NCBI RefSeq assembly: GCF_025526975.1
Contig: NW_026515676.1
Coordinates: 558,001 to 622,000, forward strand
Direction of reading: 5' to 3'
Length of the DNA: 64,000 nucleotides
Source of the DNA: Fimicolochytrium jonesii
Lineage: Eukaryota
The position numbers and the translations under genes were made by a program. Below the pieces are notes generated by a model that worked only from the letters and a program-made list of their open reading frames with translations, had not been told where the DNA came from and did no database searches. Positions within the stretch are counted from its first letter, which is position 1. Every line of letters begins with the position of its first letter. Shown in pieces: positions 49,101 to 60,661 of this stretch.

Positions 49101-51698
49101 CTTGCCTTCTTCCAGATCGATTGGACAGTCGTAGGGGCGGTGCTCGGGGAGAGTGTCAGCATTTCTCTTTTTGAAAACGCCGGCGAAGTGTCGATACTCG
49201 GGGGGCAGGAAGTCTTTGATGTCTTTCTCGGGTGTTGTGGGGTTACTGGGGCTAGGCGAGGCCGGGAGATCGGGTTTCGCAGGGTTGGCGTAGGCGACAA
49301 AGAGCTGGTCATGCCTTGCTGCGACCCGGAAGGCTGGGGCGGAGATGAACGAGACTCGGAGCGGCGTGGGAGCCGGTTCTGGGGTGCTGGAGCGAGATAC
49401 CTTGGGTACTGGAATCGACCATGTTTCGTCGACGGGGACTTCATCCTGGGGGATGCGGATCAAGGGCTCGGGGGTTCTGGCGGGTGCTGGGCTCGGGGGT
49501 GCTGGAGAGTTGTCCCAATTCGCAAATTCATGGTACATGACAGTCGCAACGGAAACCGACCGAAAGGTTCTTGAAGTCAAGGTTAATGTCGTGGAGGCGG
49601 AGCCAGTGGAGACCAAGGAGGATTGGAGCATGGGGTGATTTGGTGACATGGAAGACGAGTTCTTCGAAGTGGTCTGTCGACCCACATGCCTACTGGTTGG
49701 GTGTGATGGGTGATTGGCCCAGCAGAGCTGGGTTGACCGTCAACGAGTTCGATCGTCAGTGGACGCTGATGCGGGACTAGGGCGATGCGGTGTTTGCGGG
49801 CAAAGTCTCTGTCGATGAAGCAGGACAGGGCACCATTGTTGATCATGGCTGAGGTAGGTATCGGGGCGCGGCTGGATGATACCATGATGGTAACAGGGTA
49901 GTTGAAGGGTTCGAGGGGACCCAGCGTAAGCATGGCGCGGGGGTTAATTTCGGAGTTTTCGACATGGGCAGCAGCCAGGAGGGTTGTGTCGGCTATAACA
50001 CAGTCGGGAACCAGGGGGGTGGCCTCTTCCGTTGCAGGAGCTGCGAGGTTAGGAGGCCCGGGGCGGTGTGTGTTGTCCAGTCGCTGGGGCTTTACTGCGG
50101 CTGGACTTTGGGAAAACCCTGTTTGGTGGAGGGTTCTTTGATGTTGACGTTGGCGGCATGGGTGATGGTCTTGTTCTTGACGGGGCAGACTTTTGCAATG
50201 TGCCCCGCGCCACCGCAGTAAAGGCAGAATTTGTTGGAAATGCGACGTTGGCGTTCCTGAGGGCTCAGAGGGCCGCAGGGACGAGCGGCGTCAATCTGCA
50301 TAGGCTCGCTGTGGTCGACAGTGGTGGTAGTAGTAAACGAGGTATGGGGAACCGGGAAGGTCTGGCGGCTTCTGTTTCGCTCCAGGCGGCGCTCAAACAG
50401 CCGGTTATCGCACTGGATAGCCTGCTCCATCACCACATCAATGGTGGCCGCAGGGGGCATTGTGAGCATCGGGTCTTTGACGTCTTCTTGGAGGCCACGG
50501 CGGAAGGTAGCTATCAGGGTCTGGTCGTTCCAGGAGACATCGCATTGTAGCTGGCGGAACTCAGCGACGTACTCGGTTGCTGCACGGGTTTGGCAAAGGT
50601 TCTGGAGCTTGTTTTCAAAGGTGGGGACCCTGTCGCTGTCTCCGAAGACCGATTGCATCTGACTGATAAAACTATCAAAGTCCTGAAGGCTGTGATCTTG
50701 GCGTTCGACTAGGGGTGCCATCCAGGCTTGCGCAGTGCCGGTGAGGTAGGTGCCAATAGTTTGGATCTTGATGATGTCGCTGGGGTAGCGGTCGGGCTGG
50801 AGAGCAAACATCAACCGGATGTTGTTCAACCACCCACGGAATTTGCTGCGGGTACCATCAAACTTCTCGGGCGAGCTGATTCTTGGCTCCAGAGCAGGGT
50901 TGGTGACTTGGGGACGGGTGTACGTATCGGCTTGAACCTGGGCGGCGATGCTCTGGGCAGCTTGTGCGTCAGCTTGGGCTTGCGCTAGGTTGGCCTGCAA
51001 GTTGGCGTTTTGGCTTTGCAAGGCGGCGATGGCTTGGCACATATTGTTCCATTGCTTGGTGGTGAAAGGTACGGATTCGGGTTGGGACATGGCGAAAAAG
51101 GTTTGTCGGATGCAGGGCTGGACGGGTTCTGAACTTCGCAGTGTTGGAGCAGATCAAACTGTTATGATCTCGACGACGGAGGCGGAAGCGAAGTAGAGAA
51201 GACAGGGCGAGAGTGATAGGTGACAAGAGATTGTATTGGCGAAACAAGAAACAAGGACTAGAACAGGAGATGAGAAGAACTGGTGTTGATCTGCTGGGGA
51301 GGAAGGGAATGGACGAAGAGAAGCCGGCTATTTATAGATAGGCAACCCAGCAGATCAGAGAACAACAACAACAAGAGGGGACTGGGGGGGCGCCAGCTAT
51401 GCTCCTAGAGCGTGCGTGGCGAGCGTAGAGAGCATTGCTACAGCTGCTGGCTATGGGGAAGTAGTGGGGGGTGTGGAGAAGCCGAGGGGGGATTGGCAAA
51501 ATGAGAGGAGAGACGAGGAGTGGCGATATTGCGGGTGGATTGGCGAAATGAGAGGAGAGAGGGGGAGTGGCATTGACATTGACATTGACACTGACATTGA
51601 CACTGACATTGACATTGACATTGGGGTTTGACATTTGGCGGTTGACATTGGCGGCTGTCAGTAGGTAAGCTTATGGTATGGGCGCGTCGTCCATAACA
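45650..51698 (-). mobile_element. Family A copy A3 (LTRs 45650-46188 and 51160-51698), in tandem with A2
   Basis: Intact gag ORF 50092-51090 (SPEKFDG, CLYCGGAGHIAKVC), broken pol, PPT after 46188, PBS 51148-51159, right flank GAAAC. Confidence 0.95.
50092..51090 (-). CDS. gag: Gag of family A element A3
   Basis: 332-aa ORF with retrotransposon-gag core and CCHC zinc knuckle, ending just after the GGGTTTT slippery site. Confidence 0.9.
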   Translation of the reverse strand: MSQPESVPFTTKQWNNMCQAIAALQSQNANLQANLAQAQADAQAAQSIAAQVQADTYTRPQVTNPALEPRISSPEKFDGTRSKFRGWLNNIRLMFALQPDRYPSDIIKIQTIGTYLTGTAQAWMAPLVERQDHSLQDFDSFISQMQSVFGDSDRVPTFENKLQNLCQTRAATEYVAEFRQLQCDVSWNDQTLIATFRRGLQEDVKDPMLTMPPAATIDVVMEQAIQCDNRLFERRLERNRSRQTFPVPHTSFTTTTTVDHSEPMQIDAARPCGPLSPQERQRRISNKFCLYCGGAGHIAKVCPVKNKTITHAANVNIKEPSTKQGFPKVQPQ

Positions 51699-53191
51699 GA
51701 AACCCTGTTGTTCGGGGTCAATGCCTATGTGTACCTCCGGGCATGCACACCACCGAGTCTCCAGGAGTGATCAGTTGCTGCTTACTCATTATGTATGGCA
51801 GCCGTCAACGCATTTACCCTATGCGGATGTTGTTTACCATCAAGGGGCTGTGTGAACACTCGTTTTGTGTAGCACGTTGCAATCCTTCCACAGCTTTGAC
51901 TTATGTCCAATGATATCGTGAACGAGACTTCTCTGCTCGATTAGCGATATCTGATGTTTTTTCTTGCACAGAAGGTCTCATCCAGCTACAGGTCATTCAC
52001 GGCTTCCAGCCAACCGTGCGCTCTTGCGTCGCAGAGCCTCAGTTCCCTTAGAGCGCTTCCACTTTCGCGTATCTGTACCGGATTCTGCTTCACCATGGAT
52101 CAAGATGAAGTCATCGAATGCAGCGCAGTCTTTCCCTCGCTCATGCGTTTCCCATGTTGTCTGCTCAGGTGGCCAACAAACCCACTGAACGAGATACTGA
52201 GGTTTTCCATGGACCAACCTACATCCGATAATCTTATCGACATAGTACTCTTCCTTGCCTTCAACTTGGATGGGCCCTGGGTGAGAGTCCTCTACATTGT
52301 CGATGCGCAGCAGATCTGGAGTTGGCTTGTGCCATGGCCTCAAGATATCCATATGGAAGACCGGGGAAAGAGTGCCCATCAAAGCTGGCAGCTCTAACTC
52401 GTACGTTTCCGGGTGTGGTCCTTCGTTCTTCACAATGAAGGGTCCAAGCCAGCTCTGTCGAAACTTGAGCGGCTTCTTATTGAAAGCAGGGATCGTTATC
52501 CCGTCGCTGTTCAACAGGACTTTATCTCCTGGACTAAAGCTCTGTACACGACGTCCACGATCGTGATACTTTGCTTGTTTGTCCTGGGCTTCCCGCAGTT
52601 TCTGCTGCACAATGAGTTCATTGGATAGGTATGCCCCAGCACGCTTCTCCATCTGTACAATGAGCTCACGTCGTCACTTATGCAAGAATGGGATCGACGT
52701 ATCGTCCATACGTTGCAACACCTTTGCGTGAACCTGCCAATGCATCGGCGCCTGCGGAATTCTACCCAATTTAACCTTGAAAGGGCAGTATCCAGTGCTG
52801 TTCTGCGTACGGTTGTAGGCAAACTCCAACAATGGCAGTTTGTCAACCCAATCATCTCTCGTTACAGTAAGGTACGGTTTAAGGATCTTGTTCAAGATAG
52901 CAATACTTTGTTTGACCTTTCCATCCATCTGTTGGTGTCGTGCCTTGCTCAAGCTCTGCTTAGAGCCCAACAACGATTGAAACACCTTCCAGAAATCCGC
53001 CAGGTAGCAGGGATCTCAATCTCCGATGATCACAGCTACAGTATCTTTATGGCGCCATACTTCACGGAAGTAAAGCTGGGCCAACTCCTTGGCAGTTATT
53101 GTGGAGGTCGCAGATATAAAGTACGCGCACGATGATAGAGAGTCGATGAAGACAATAATACTGTCATAGAACGCATCACTATGCACCTTCT

Positions 53192-53212
53192 CCCCCCCCC
53201 CCCCCCCCCCCC
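53192..53212. repeat. Poly-C homopolymer (21 nt) inside element E
   Basis: Read directly. Confidence 0.9.
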
Positions 53213-53243
53213 ACGACCGTGTTATTGGCATCAAGACAGGATC

Positions 53244-53520
53244 ACTTAGCAGTAGTCGGCAGAGGAAGCAGATGACTGAGCAAACTCTATGTAGTGTGCA
53301 ATGCTGTACTGTGAAGTATGTATTGTCTTGTGTAGAAGAGTCTTATGGAGTAGAAAGCGGACGTGAGGTCCGAAGGGGAAGAAAAGAGTGAAGTCCCGTA
53401 CGCGGAAGCGTGGCGTAAGCGGGAGGTGAGTCACAAGGGGAACTTAACTACTAGAACCCTAACCGGGGACTAAGCTACGGGAACCCTAAATAAGGACTCG
53501 GGAGGATGATACCTCCAACA
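53244..53520 (-). mobile_element. Solo LTR of the copia family
   Basis: Reverse-complement homologue of 55240-55473 with small internal duplications. Flanked by 5-bp TSD GGATC (53239-53243 and 53521-53525). Confidence 0.92.
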
Positions 53521-55239
53521 GGATCCATGCCCATTGTGTGCCAACGTCGGTCGGGAATTCGGAGCGAACAAAGTAAGCCAACACGCTGATTCATTGGCAC
53601 CTTGAACCTTTGGCAAGACCCACAGGTCTTGGTGTACCTTCTCACATCTGCGTCCATATTGGGCCAGTAGACCTTGCGTAGGAGCTTTCCCAAAGTGCCT
53701 TGTACTCCCGATTGCGAGCCCGAAAGCAACAAGTTGTGGTACGCTTGCAACAGAGTTCCTCGTCAAGCAGCTGGCACGTAGAACTTATCGTGATACAGTG
53801 AACAACCATGCTCATCAATCGAAAAACGCCGATCAAATGTAGACTGCCGTTCCTTTGGCTGTGACAACGCATCTTTCTGAGAAGCGAAGTACTCGTCAGC
53901 CTCCAAGCTTTGTATCCAATCCTCAAGCGTAACATTCCCCAAACTAGAGTGATTGATGAAGGCTCAAAATGGGCGATCATTTGTCCGATCCTGCCAGTAA
54001 TGCCTATTCCCCTTGCATGTCTTAACCAGAGCTAATAGCTTTTGTTGGTGCACGGGGTAACTTGTTTCAACGGACTCCATCTTCCGCCCAAAGAAAGCTA
54101 TCGGCTTTAACGGTGGCATATTCTTGAATCCTTTCACCGAGGTAGGCAACGTTGATGGGTAAAGCTCCGATGGGTGCGCTGGCTGGCCGAGCCATCCTCC
54201 CATTGCAAAACCCGATGCATCCGTAAACACATATAAATCTCGCTCTGGGTCGTAAGACGCAAGCGTAGGAGTTGTAATAATAGCTTCCTTCAGCTTAACA
54301 AAAGCTTTTTCTTTGACATCGCCTTGGCGCCATGGCCTATTGCCTGACTGTAGCTCTGTCAACGGATACGCGATGTATGCATAGCGATCAATGTATTGAC
54401 TCAGTTAGTCTGTCAACCCTAAGAAAAACTGGACCTCATTCTGTTTTATAGGACATGCATAGTTTCGCACAGCGTCCAATTTCCAGGGTGCAATGGCCAT
54501 TGTATCCTCTCCCAGGATATGGCCGCAGAATTCAAGCTCCTTCTGCATCCATTTGCACTTGGACAGCTTGACATAGAGTTTATGCTCAGCGAGAACAGTC
54601 AAACGCTGTCCACATGAGCGATATGCTCCTCAGCCGTTTCCAAGAAGATTAAGGTATCATCCAGGTAAGATATAACATATGCATCGTACATCTTCCCAAA
54701 TATCTTATTGGTTAACCATTGGAACGTTGCTGGCGCATTCGTCAATCCAAATGGCATAACCAAGTACTTGAAATGACCAAACCGCGTCCGAAACGCTGTT
54801 TTGTCTCTATCAGCCTTGTGAACCAAGAGGCGGTGATACGCATCTTTGATATCCAGCAAAGACTTGAACTTCCTTCCACGTACCTGGTCCCGCATTCTAA
54901 CGTCAGAGGAAACGTAGACGATATTGCCGAGAGGGCTGAGAGCAGTGTACTGTAGTGAAGAAAAAAGTAAGAAGCTCTTCGCAGCGGCCGCTCGACTGAC
55001 ACCTTTATATATGGGCTGCCAGTGGGGCTTGCGTGGCTTCAGTGAGGCTTGTCACCTTATGTAATGTACCACCGAGAGCTTGGGTGGCCAGCCAGAGTCT
55101 CGGATCAAGTAGAAGTAAGGAGATATAATATGAAATACAAGTGAAGATGAGATATCCCTGACACCTCCCTCAGATCCTGAGGAGGGCGCCGAATAAATAA
55201 GAGGTGAACTACGAGGGATATGTGAAGAAAGGGAGAGCT

Positions 55240-58200
55240 TGTTGGAGGTATCATCCTCCCGAGTCCCCGGTTAGGGTTCCCGTAGTTTATTTCCTCTTGT
55301 GACTCCCCTCCCGCTTACGCCACGCTTCCGCGTACGGGACTTCACTCTTTTCTTCCCTTTCGGACCTCGCGTCCTCTTTTCTACTACAAGACAATACATA
55401 CTTCACAGTACTACATCTCACCCAACATAGAGTTTGCTCAGTCATCTGCTTCCTCTGCCGACTACTGCTAAGTGGTTATGAGCCCTGGCTTCGCCCGCAA
55501 CTAGCGGACGTTCCAGGATAAAGAACTCACGGTCTCCAGTCACCGCTCGCATAGAAAGCACCATGCCACCTAAGGATTCAACAACCCAACCTCAGAAGGG
55601 CTACGCAGCTGCAGTGACAGCCGGCAAGCCCTCCGCTCACCACACCCGGTCCCAAGGAGGAGCTCTCCTGGGACCCCTGCCTGCAGCTACTAAAGGAGGA
55701 GGAAAGGAATTTCAACCTGCTGTTAAGAGTTCTGAATCTATTGATCAGCGCACTGGCATTGACTCACGTACTCCGCTTAATGAAGGCGTAGCCCGTCATG
55801 CCGACTTACGCAGTGAACCAACACCTACCCCGCCTTACAAAATGCCTGGGGAATTTGTGTATGAGAAGAAGAGGAAGGAGGATCTTTCTGCTACTATTGC
55901 AGAATGGAAAGACGCAACCACGCCATATGTAAATGCGCCTGAATCACGCGGACATACCGGAACCGACCCCTTCCTGATGGATTCCATTCAGGAAGAACCT
56001 ATGCCTGTTAAGCAGGAAGAGGAGATGCTTCAAATGAAGGATCAAACAATCACTCTGACTGGATTGGTTACCTTGTTCTTGAATTCGGGCCGAGCGCCAC
56101 AACAAGGCGGACCTACCGTCCCCTCCGTGAACCCTCTCGCTCAGTCGCCAGTGAACAGCACTCGCTTCTCATTATTCGACTAGCCCTATCCAGGCAAATG
56201 TGCCATATATGACCTCTGTGTCGCTGGCACCCCATGCGCCTCCTCAGCGCGCTATGGCCTACTCCGTCCCATACGCTTATAAAGCCCCGGAACGGCATCC
56301 TTACTTTCAAACCCGTTCTCAAAGCCCTCCTTCCACTGATATTCCACACGAAAGTGCATCTGTGAGATCTTTTACTCCCGTAACACCCCCTACGGCCAGC
56401 AAATCAGCTTCCAAAGTCTTCATCAACACTACGCTTAGTAAACTCGGCACCTACAACTGCGATCCTAATGTTACCAAGCTTCAAGGGTTCCTGGATCACA
56501 TCGACGCGATTATGAAGTACGAGATGATTTCGCCTTCCGAATGCGTAGACTTCGTCGTCAACGCGCTCACTGGACCAGCTCTCCAGTGGTGGAAAAGCCT
56601 TCCTGAAAACGAGCGCTTCTCCATAATTTCCTGGCACCATTTCACCCCACCGACGTCGTGACGTTCAATACCGACCGACATTTACTCGCGATGGGAATGC
56701 GCAAAGGCGACGCGTACTATTTAGAAGGACGGGTTACTACCTACAAGCCCAATGCCCAGGCACTGGTCGCTTCCATAACCCCCCAACTTCTGCATCAACG
56801 TCTTGGACACCCTGGAAACCACAATCTCCCGGTTATGCCTAAGATAGTAGAGGATTGGCCTTCAGTGGGGGGCTACGCCGGATTCCGGCGCACGCTGCGA
56901 TCCATGCGCTCTCGGCAAAGCTACCCGCCTTACCTTCCCTAAATCGACATCCCCACCACACAAACCCGGTGAGCTGATTCACAGCGATTTACTAGGTCCA
57001 TTTCGGATCCACGGCATCGACGGAGAGCGCTACAGTCTCGCGTTCCTCGACAACGGCTCCGATTTCGCCCGTACCTACTCCATCAAGGACAAGGAGGCAT
57101 CCACTATTACCGCAAGGTTTATGATCTTTCATAAGTGGCTCAAGAATCAAACTGGCATCTCCCTCAAGATCCTACGTACGGATAGGGGAGGAGAATACGC
57201 TGGCGAGCTCACGTCGTACCTACACGACAATGGGATTGCCCATGAGTCTACTGTTGCGTATTCTAGTCAACAAAACGGAAAAGCAGAGCGCCTTAATCGG
57301 ACGTTGCTGGACCGCGTACGCGCCATCTTCGTGGATACTCCGCTTCAGCAAGCTCTGGCCGTACATCCTGGAGGCTGTCTCTTACCTGCACAACCTCTAC
57401 CTGCATTCAGTTGCATCCCCGGACGCCAAATCGCGCTCCGAATTCCTTACCGGTTGCCGCCCGAGCGTCGCGCATCTGCGCAAGCTCGGATGTCTCACGT
57501 ACACTGTTGTTCCACCCAAGGGCCGGGACAAGATGGCAAATCGTGCTACCAAGACGTACCTAGTGGGCTATGCTCACCAACAAGGCACCAAAGGTTACTA
57601 TGTCTGGGATCCAGTTCGCGACACTGTCGCCGTCTCATGTGACGTTCGTTTCGACGGATCTACTGGACTCCCTGAGCACCTTGGTCAAGATCCTGCACTC
57701 CTAGATCTTGTAGAAGCTGCTCCCACCTCGCAAGAGGAGTTCCCTACCGAACACATCCTTTCTGAACGTCAGCGCCGCGGCAAGAACGTCCAAAAGGAAT
57801 ACCTCGTCAAGTGGGTTGGTTTTACTACCCCTACCTGGCAACCACGCTCTGATCTCATTGAGACTGAAGCGTTGGATATCTGGGAGTCTCCTCCAGACGC
57901 TTTCAACGCCCGAACCCTTGCAGCCCTCTCGAACGCCTTCAACGCGCGCACCGAAGACACGCCTCAATCCGTCACTATGACCTGGCGACAAGCAATGGCC
58001 TCCCCTCAATCAGCTGACTTCAAGCTTGCAGTCGATAAAGGGTTCCAAGCCCTAGTTGATAACGGGGCTTGGGAGCTCGTACCCCGTCCGCGAAATCAGC
58101 GCGTACTTGGTAGTACTTGGATACTTCGTCAAATCTTCAATCCGGACGGTACTTTCAAGAAATTCAAGGGCCGCGGTGTAGTTCAAGGTTTTCGTCAATC

Positions 58201-59645
58201 CAAGGGTATTGATTATAACGACACCTACGCTCCAACCCTACCCATGTCAGTTCTTCGCCTTTTCCTCTCCATTGCTGTCTCTCTTGGTATGGAAATCCAT
58301 CAACTCAACGTCCCCAACGCGTTCTTACACAGATATTGACGGACCCGTCTATGTTGAACAGTTTCAAGGCTACGAAGATCCGCAGAAAACGCGCGCAGAC
58401 TGGGTATACCTCCTACGCAAAGCTCTATACGGTCTGAAGCAGTCTCCGCTTCTCTGGTACCGTACTCTTTGTGAAACCCTCAGTTCTCTCGGCTTTACCC
58501 CGTTAAAGAACTGTCCCTGCGTCTTCTATCGCTACGCGACGACGACGCGCACTCTGGACGCCCTCCAGATGCTCCACGGCTATTACCACCTCCTCCGCCG
58601 TTTCCATCACCATCTCCATCATCACTCGAAGACGAATCATCCATGTGCTTTCGCGAGTACTGGAGTCCCTTCATCATCTTGTCTCGCTCCCGTCTCTTGG
58701 CCGCATCACTGCGGCGCTTCGCCTCTTTCATCTTCTACTTTGTTACACCACCTTTTGCTTTATATCGTGACTCCAAGACTGCCTTACATCCAAGGTAGTC
58801 TGCCTCCTCCATCAATGCCTCGAGCGACCCCTTCTTTCGCTTCGATCGATCCAGTTTTGCCTTCGTAAACGCCAGGTGCTTCGCGAGGTTCTCATGGTTA
58901 TCCTTGCAGTACCTCAACGTCGACACCTCCGTCGCCAATCGAAGAGCTTCTCTCACTCGGGCTTTCGACATCAAAGAGTCGCTTGCGGACGCTGCGGACG
59001 ATGCGCACGTAGAGCGCGTAGTCGGTTGTGAGGGTCCTGGTGGAGGTGCAGCTGGAGGGGCTGCGGGCGCTACCGTCTTACGGGCCGTTTGCTTCTTCTT
59101 GCTGTCGCCGCTCTTCTTGCCACTCCCGCCGTTCTTGCCTCCGTTTGCCATTGTTTCGCGTATCGTGTGGTAGTCTGGGATATGGTAGTTGAGTATGGGA
59201 ACGTTGGTCTTACCTCTCTGGGGCGACTGACAGCTGTCTCTTGTTTTATACTCGCGGCGTTTCCCTCTTCTTTCATTTTACTCTTTCATTTCTTTCATCT
59301 TTAGTCATAGCTATTTACCCGACATCCGCCCGCTTTTCGCGTATGGCCGCACCATTGTACTCATTGTTGATTTATCTTTCACTTAGATAGACTCGTGAGT
59401 TTGAGTGGGGGTGTTGGAGGTATCATCCTCTTGAGTCCCCGATTAGGGTTCCCGTAGTTTATTTCCTCACGTGACTCCCCTCCCGCTTACACCACACTTC
59501 CGCATATGGGACTTCACTCTTTTCTTCCCTTTCGGACCTCGCGTCCTCTTTTCTACTACAAGACAATACATACTTCACAGTACTACATCTCACACAACAT
59601 AGAGTTTGCTCAGTCATCTGCTTCCTCTGCCGACTACTGCTAAGT
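55240..59645 (+). mobile_element. Ty1/copia LTR retrotransposon (Ty5/copia-type PBS), internally deleted, with gypsy-type gag, chromodomain and antisense ORF
   Basis: 234-bp LTRs 55240-55473 and 59412-59645, TSD GAGCT, PBS GGTTATGAGCCCT, PPT GAGTGGGGG. Copia domain order: HQRLGHPG, IHSDLLGP, LRTDRGGEY, NGKAERLNRTL, SH3-like region, then RT (GIDYNDTYAP, KALYGLKQSP). Confidence 0.93.
55474..55486 (+). promoter_or_regulatory. Primer-binding site complementary to the anticodon arm of initiator tRNA-Met (half-tRNA priming)
   Basis: GGTTATGAGCCCT lies immediately after the 5' LTR; same type as in yeast Ty5 and Drosophila copia. Confidence 0.85.
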
Positions 59646-60024
59646 GAGCTCATGTTCATTTTAAAGTGTTGATGCACTTGTTCATTTTACAGTGTTGACG
59701 CACTGTGTGATGTATGTGTTTGAGGCAAAGGCCTCCCTAAGCCGACGTCGTGTGTGATATGTGTGTGTAAGGTCGGTTCTTGCGTCGCCGCACGTGATGT
59801 GATGTAGTTTACGTCACTATTGTCAGCGGTGTGATTGATAGTGAGCGGTTCTTGCGGCGTCGCACGTGTGATGTGATATGAGATGCTCTCTGCTGTCCGT
59901 CTCCGTATCCACAGAAATTGTGGGTGAGCTTTTCGCCATCGTTTGTAGGCAGGCGTGTAGCGAAGTGCGGATTCGGGTTCCCAAGTGGGGTCAGGATAAC
60001 CGAGCCATTTGACTAGAAGATTTC

Positions 60025-60661
60025 TGTGATGTGGACTACCTTCCACACGGGTTGTTTAACTGATGTTCGTATACAATAACTACTTTGCTGTAAGGTATTG
60101 TAGACGGACTGGGTGTTCGCCGGCTCTGCTATGCGACATGTAGTAGAAGAACTACTTGTTGTGCATAGGAACGCGCGACGAGCACTGTTAAAGTACCCAT
60201 GAGGTCGGAGTCCCCTGGAGAACACTGTCTGGGACATGTCTCGCACACCTGGCGAGACATGTCTCGCTGACGTGTCATTCTCCAATAAGACCAGACACTC
60301 CACATTACACCCCCCCCAGCTTCTACAACGCGAACCTGCCCAGCAAGCTCAAGCAGAGTAGAATATGAAGGTGTCCGGAATCGCACCCAGCGCAATCCTT
60401 AATGGTCCTCGTCGTCGGTCCAAATAACGATGGTTCTGCAACTGAACGTCACAATAGTGTGTCATTCAGGAAAGCTTTCCAGACGACCGTCGTGGGTAGC
60501 AACATTTGCAAACCATTTTGATTCAATGGTAATTGCCATCCACGCCACCTACAACTGGCAGCGGGCATCCCAGCTGTGAATGCAACAGGTGTGCTGTATT
60601 GTACGTTGCCTAATACAAGTTGTACGGCAATGGATGTACCTAGCCATTGAGCCAATGAAAC
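60025..60661 (-). mobile_element. 3' LTR (60025-60309), PPT and 3'UTR of a gypsy element, probably family E
   Basis: Terminal inverted repeat TGTGATGTGGA / TCCACATTACA (10 of 11), followed by a C8 run (G-rich PPT on the minus strand). Inserted in the D2 chromodomain; ends in GAAAC at the A4 LTR. Confidence 0.7.

Larger units (their letters stand above)
51699..54895 (-). mobile_element. Ty3/gypsy chromovirus family E, heavily degenerate pol and part of the 3'UTR
   Basis: RT (KTAFRTRFGHF, MPFGLTNAPATFQ, YLDD), RNase H (FTDASGFAMG), integrase remnants and chromodomain EYYVDKIIGCR...QYLVQWV...TTWE. Interrupted by a solo copia LTR and cut by a D LTR at 54896. Confidence 0.88.
54896..60024 (-). 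mobile_element. Family D copy 2 (3' LTR 54896-55163, 3'UTR, partial chromodomain), split by the copia insertion
   Basis: 54896-55239 plus 59646-60024 match about 25748-26471 colinearly; chromodomain NLLVKWLGYPDPTWEP. Confidence 0.9.
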
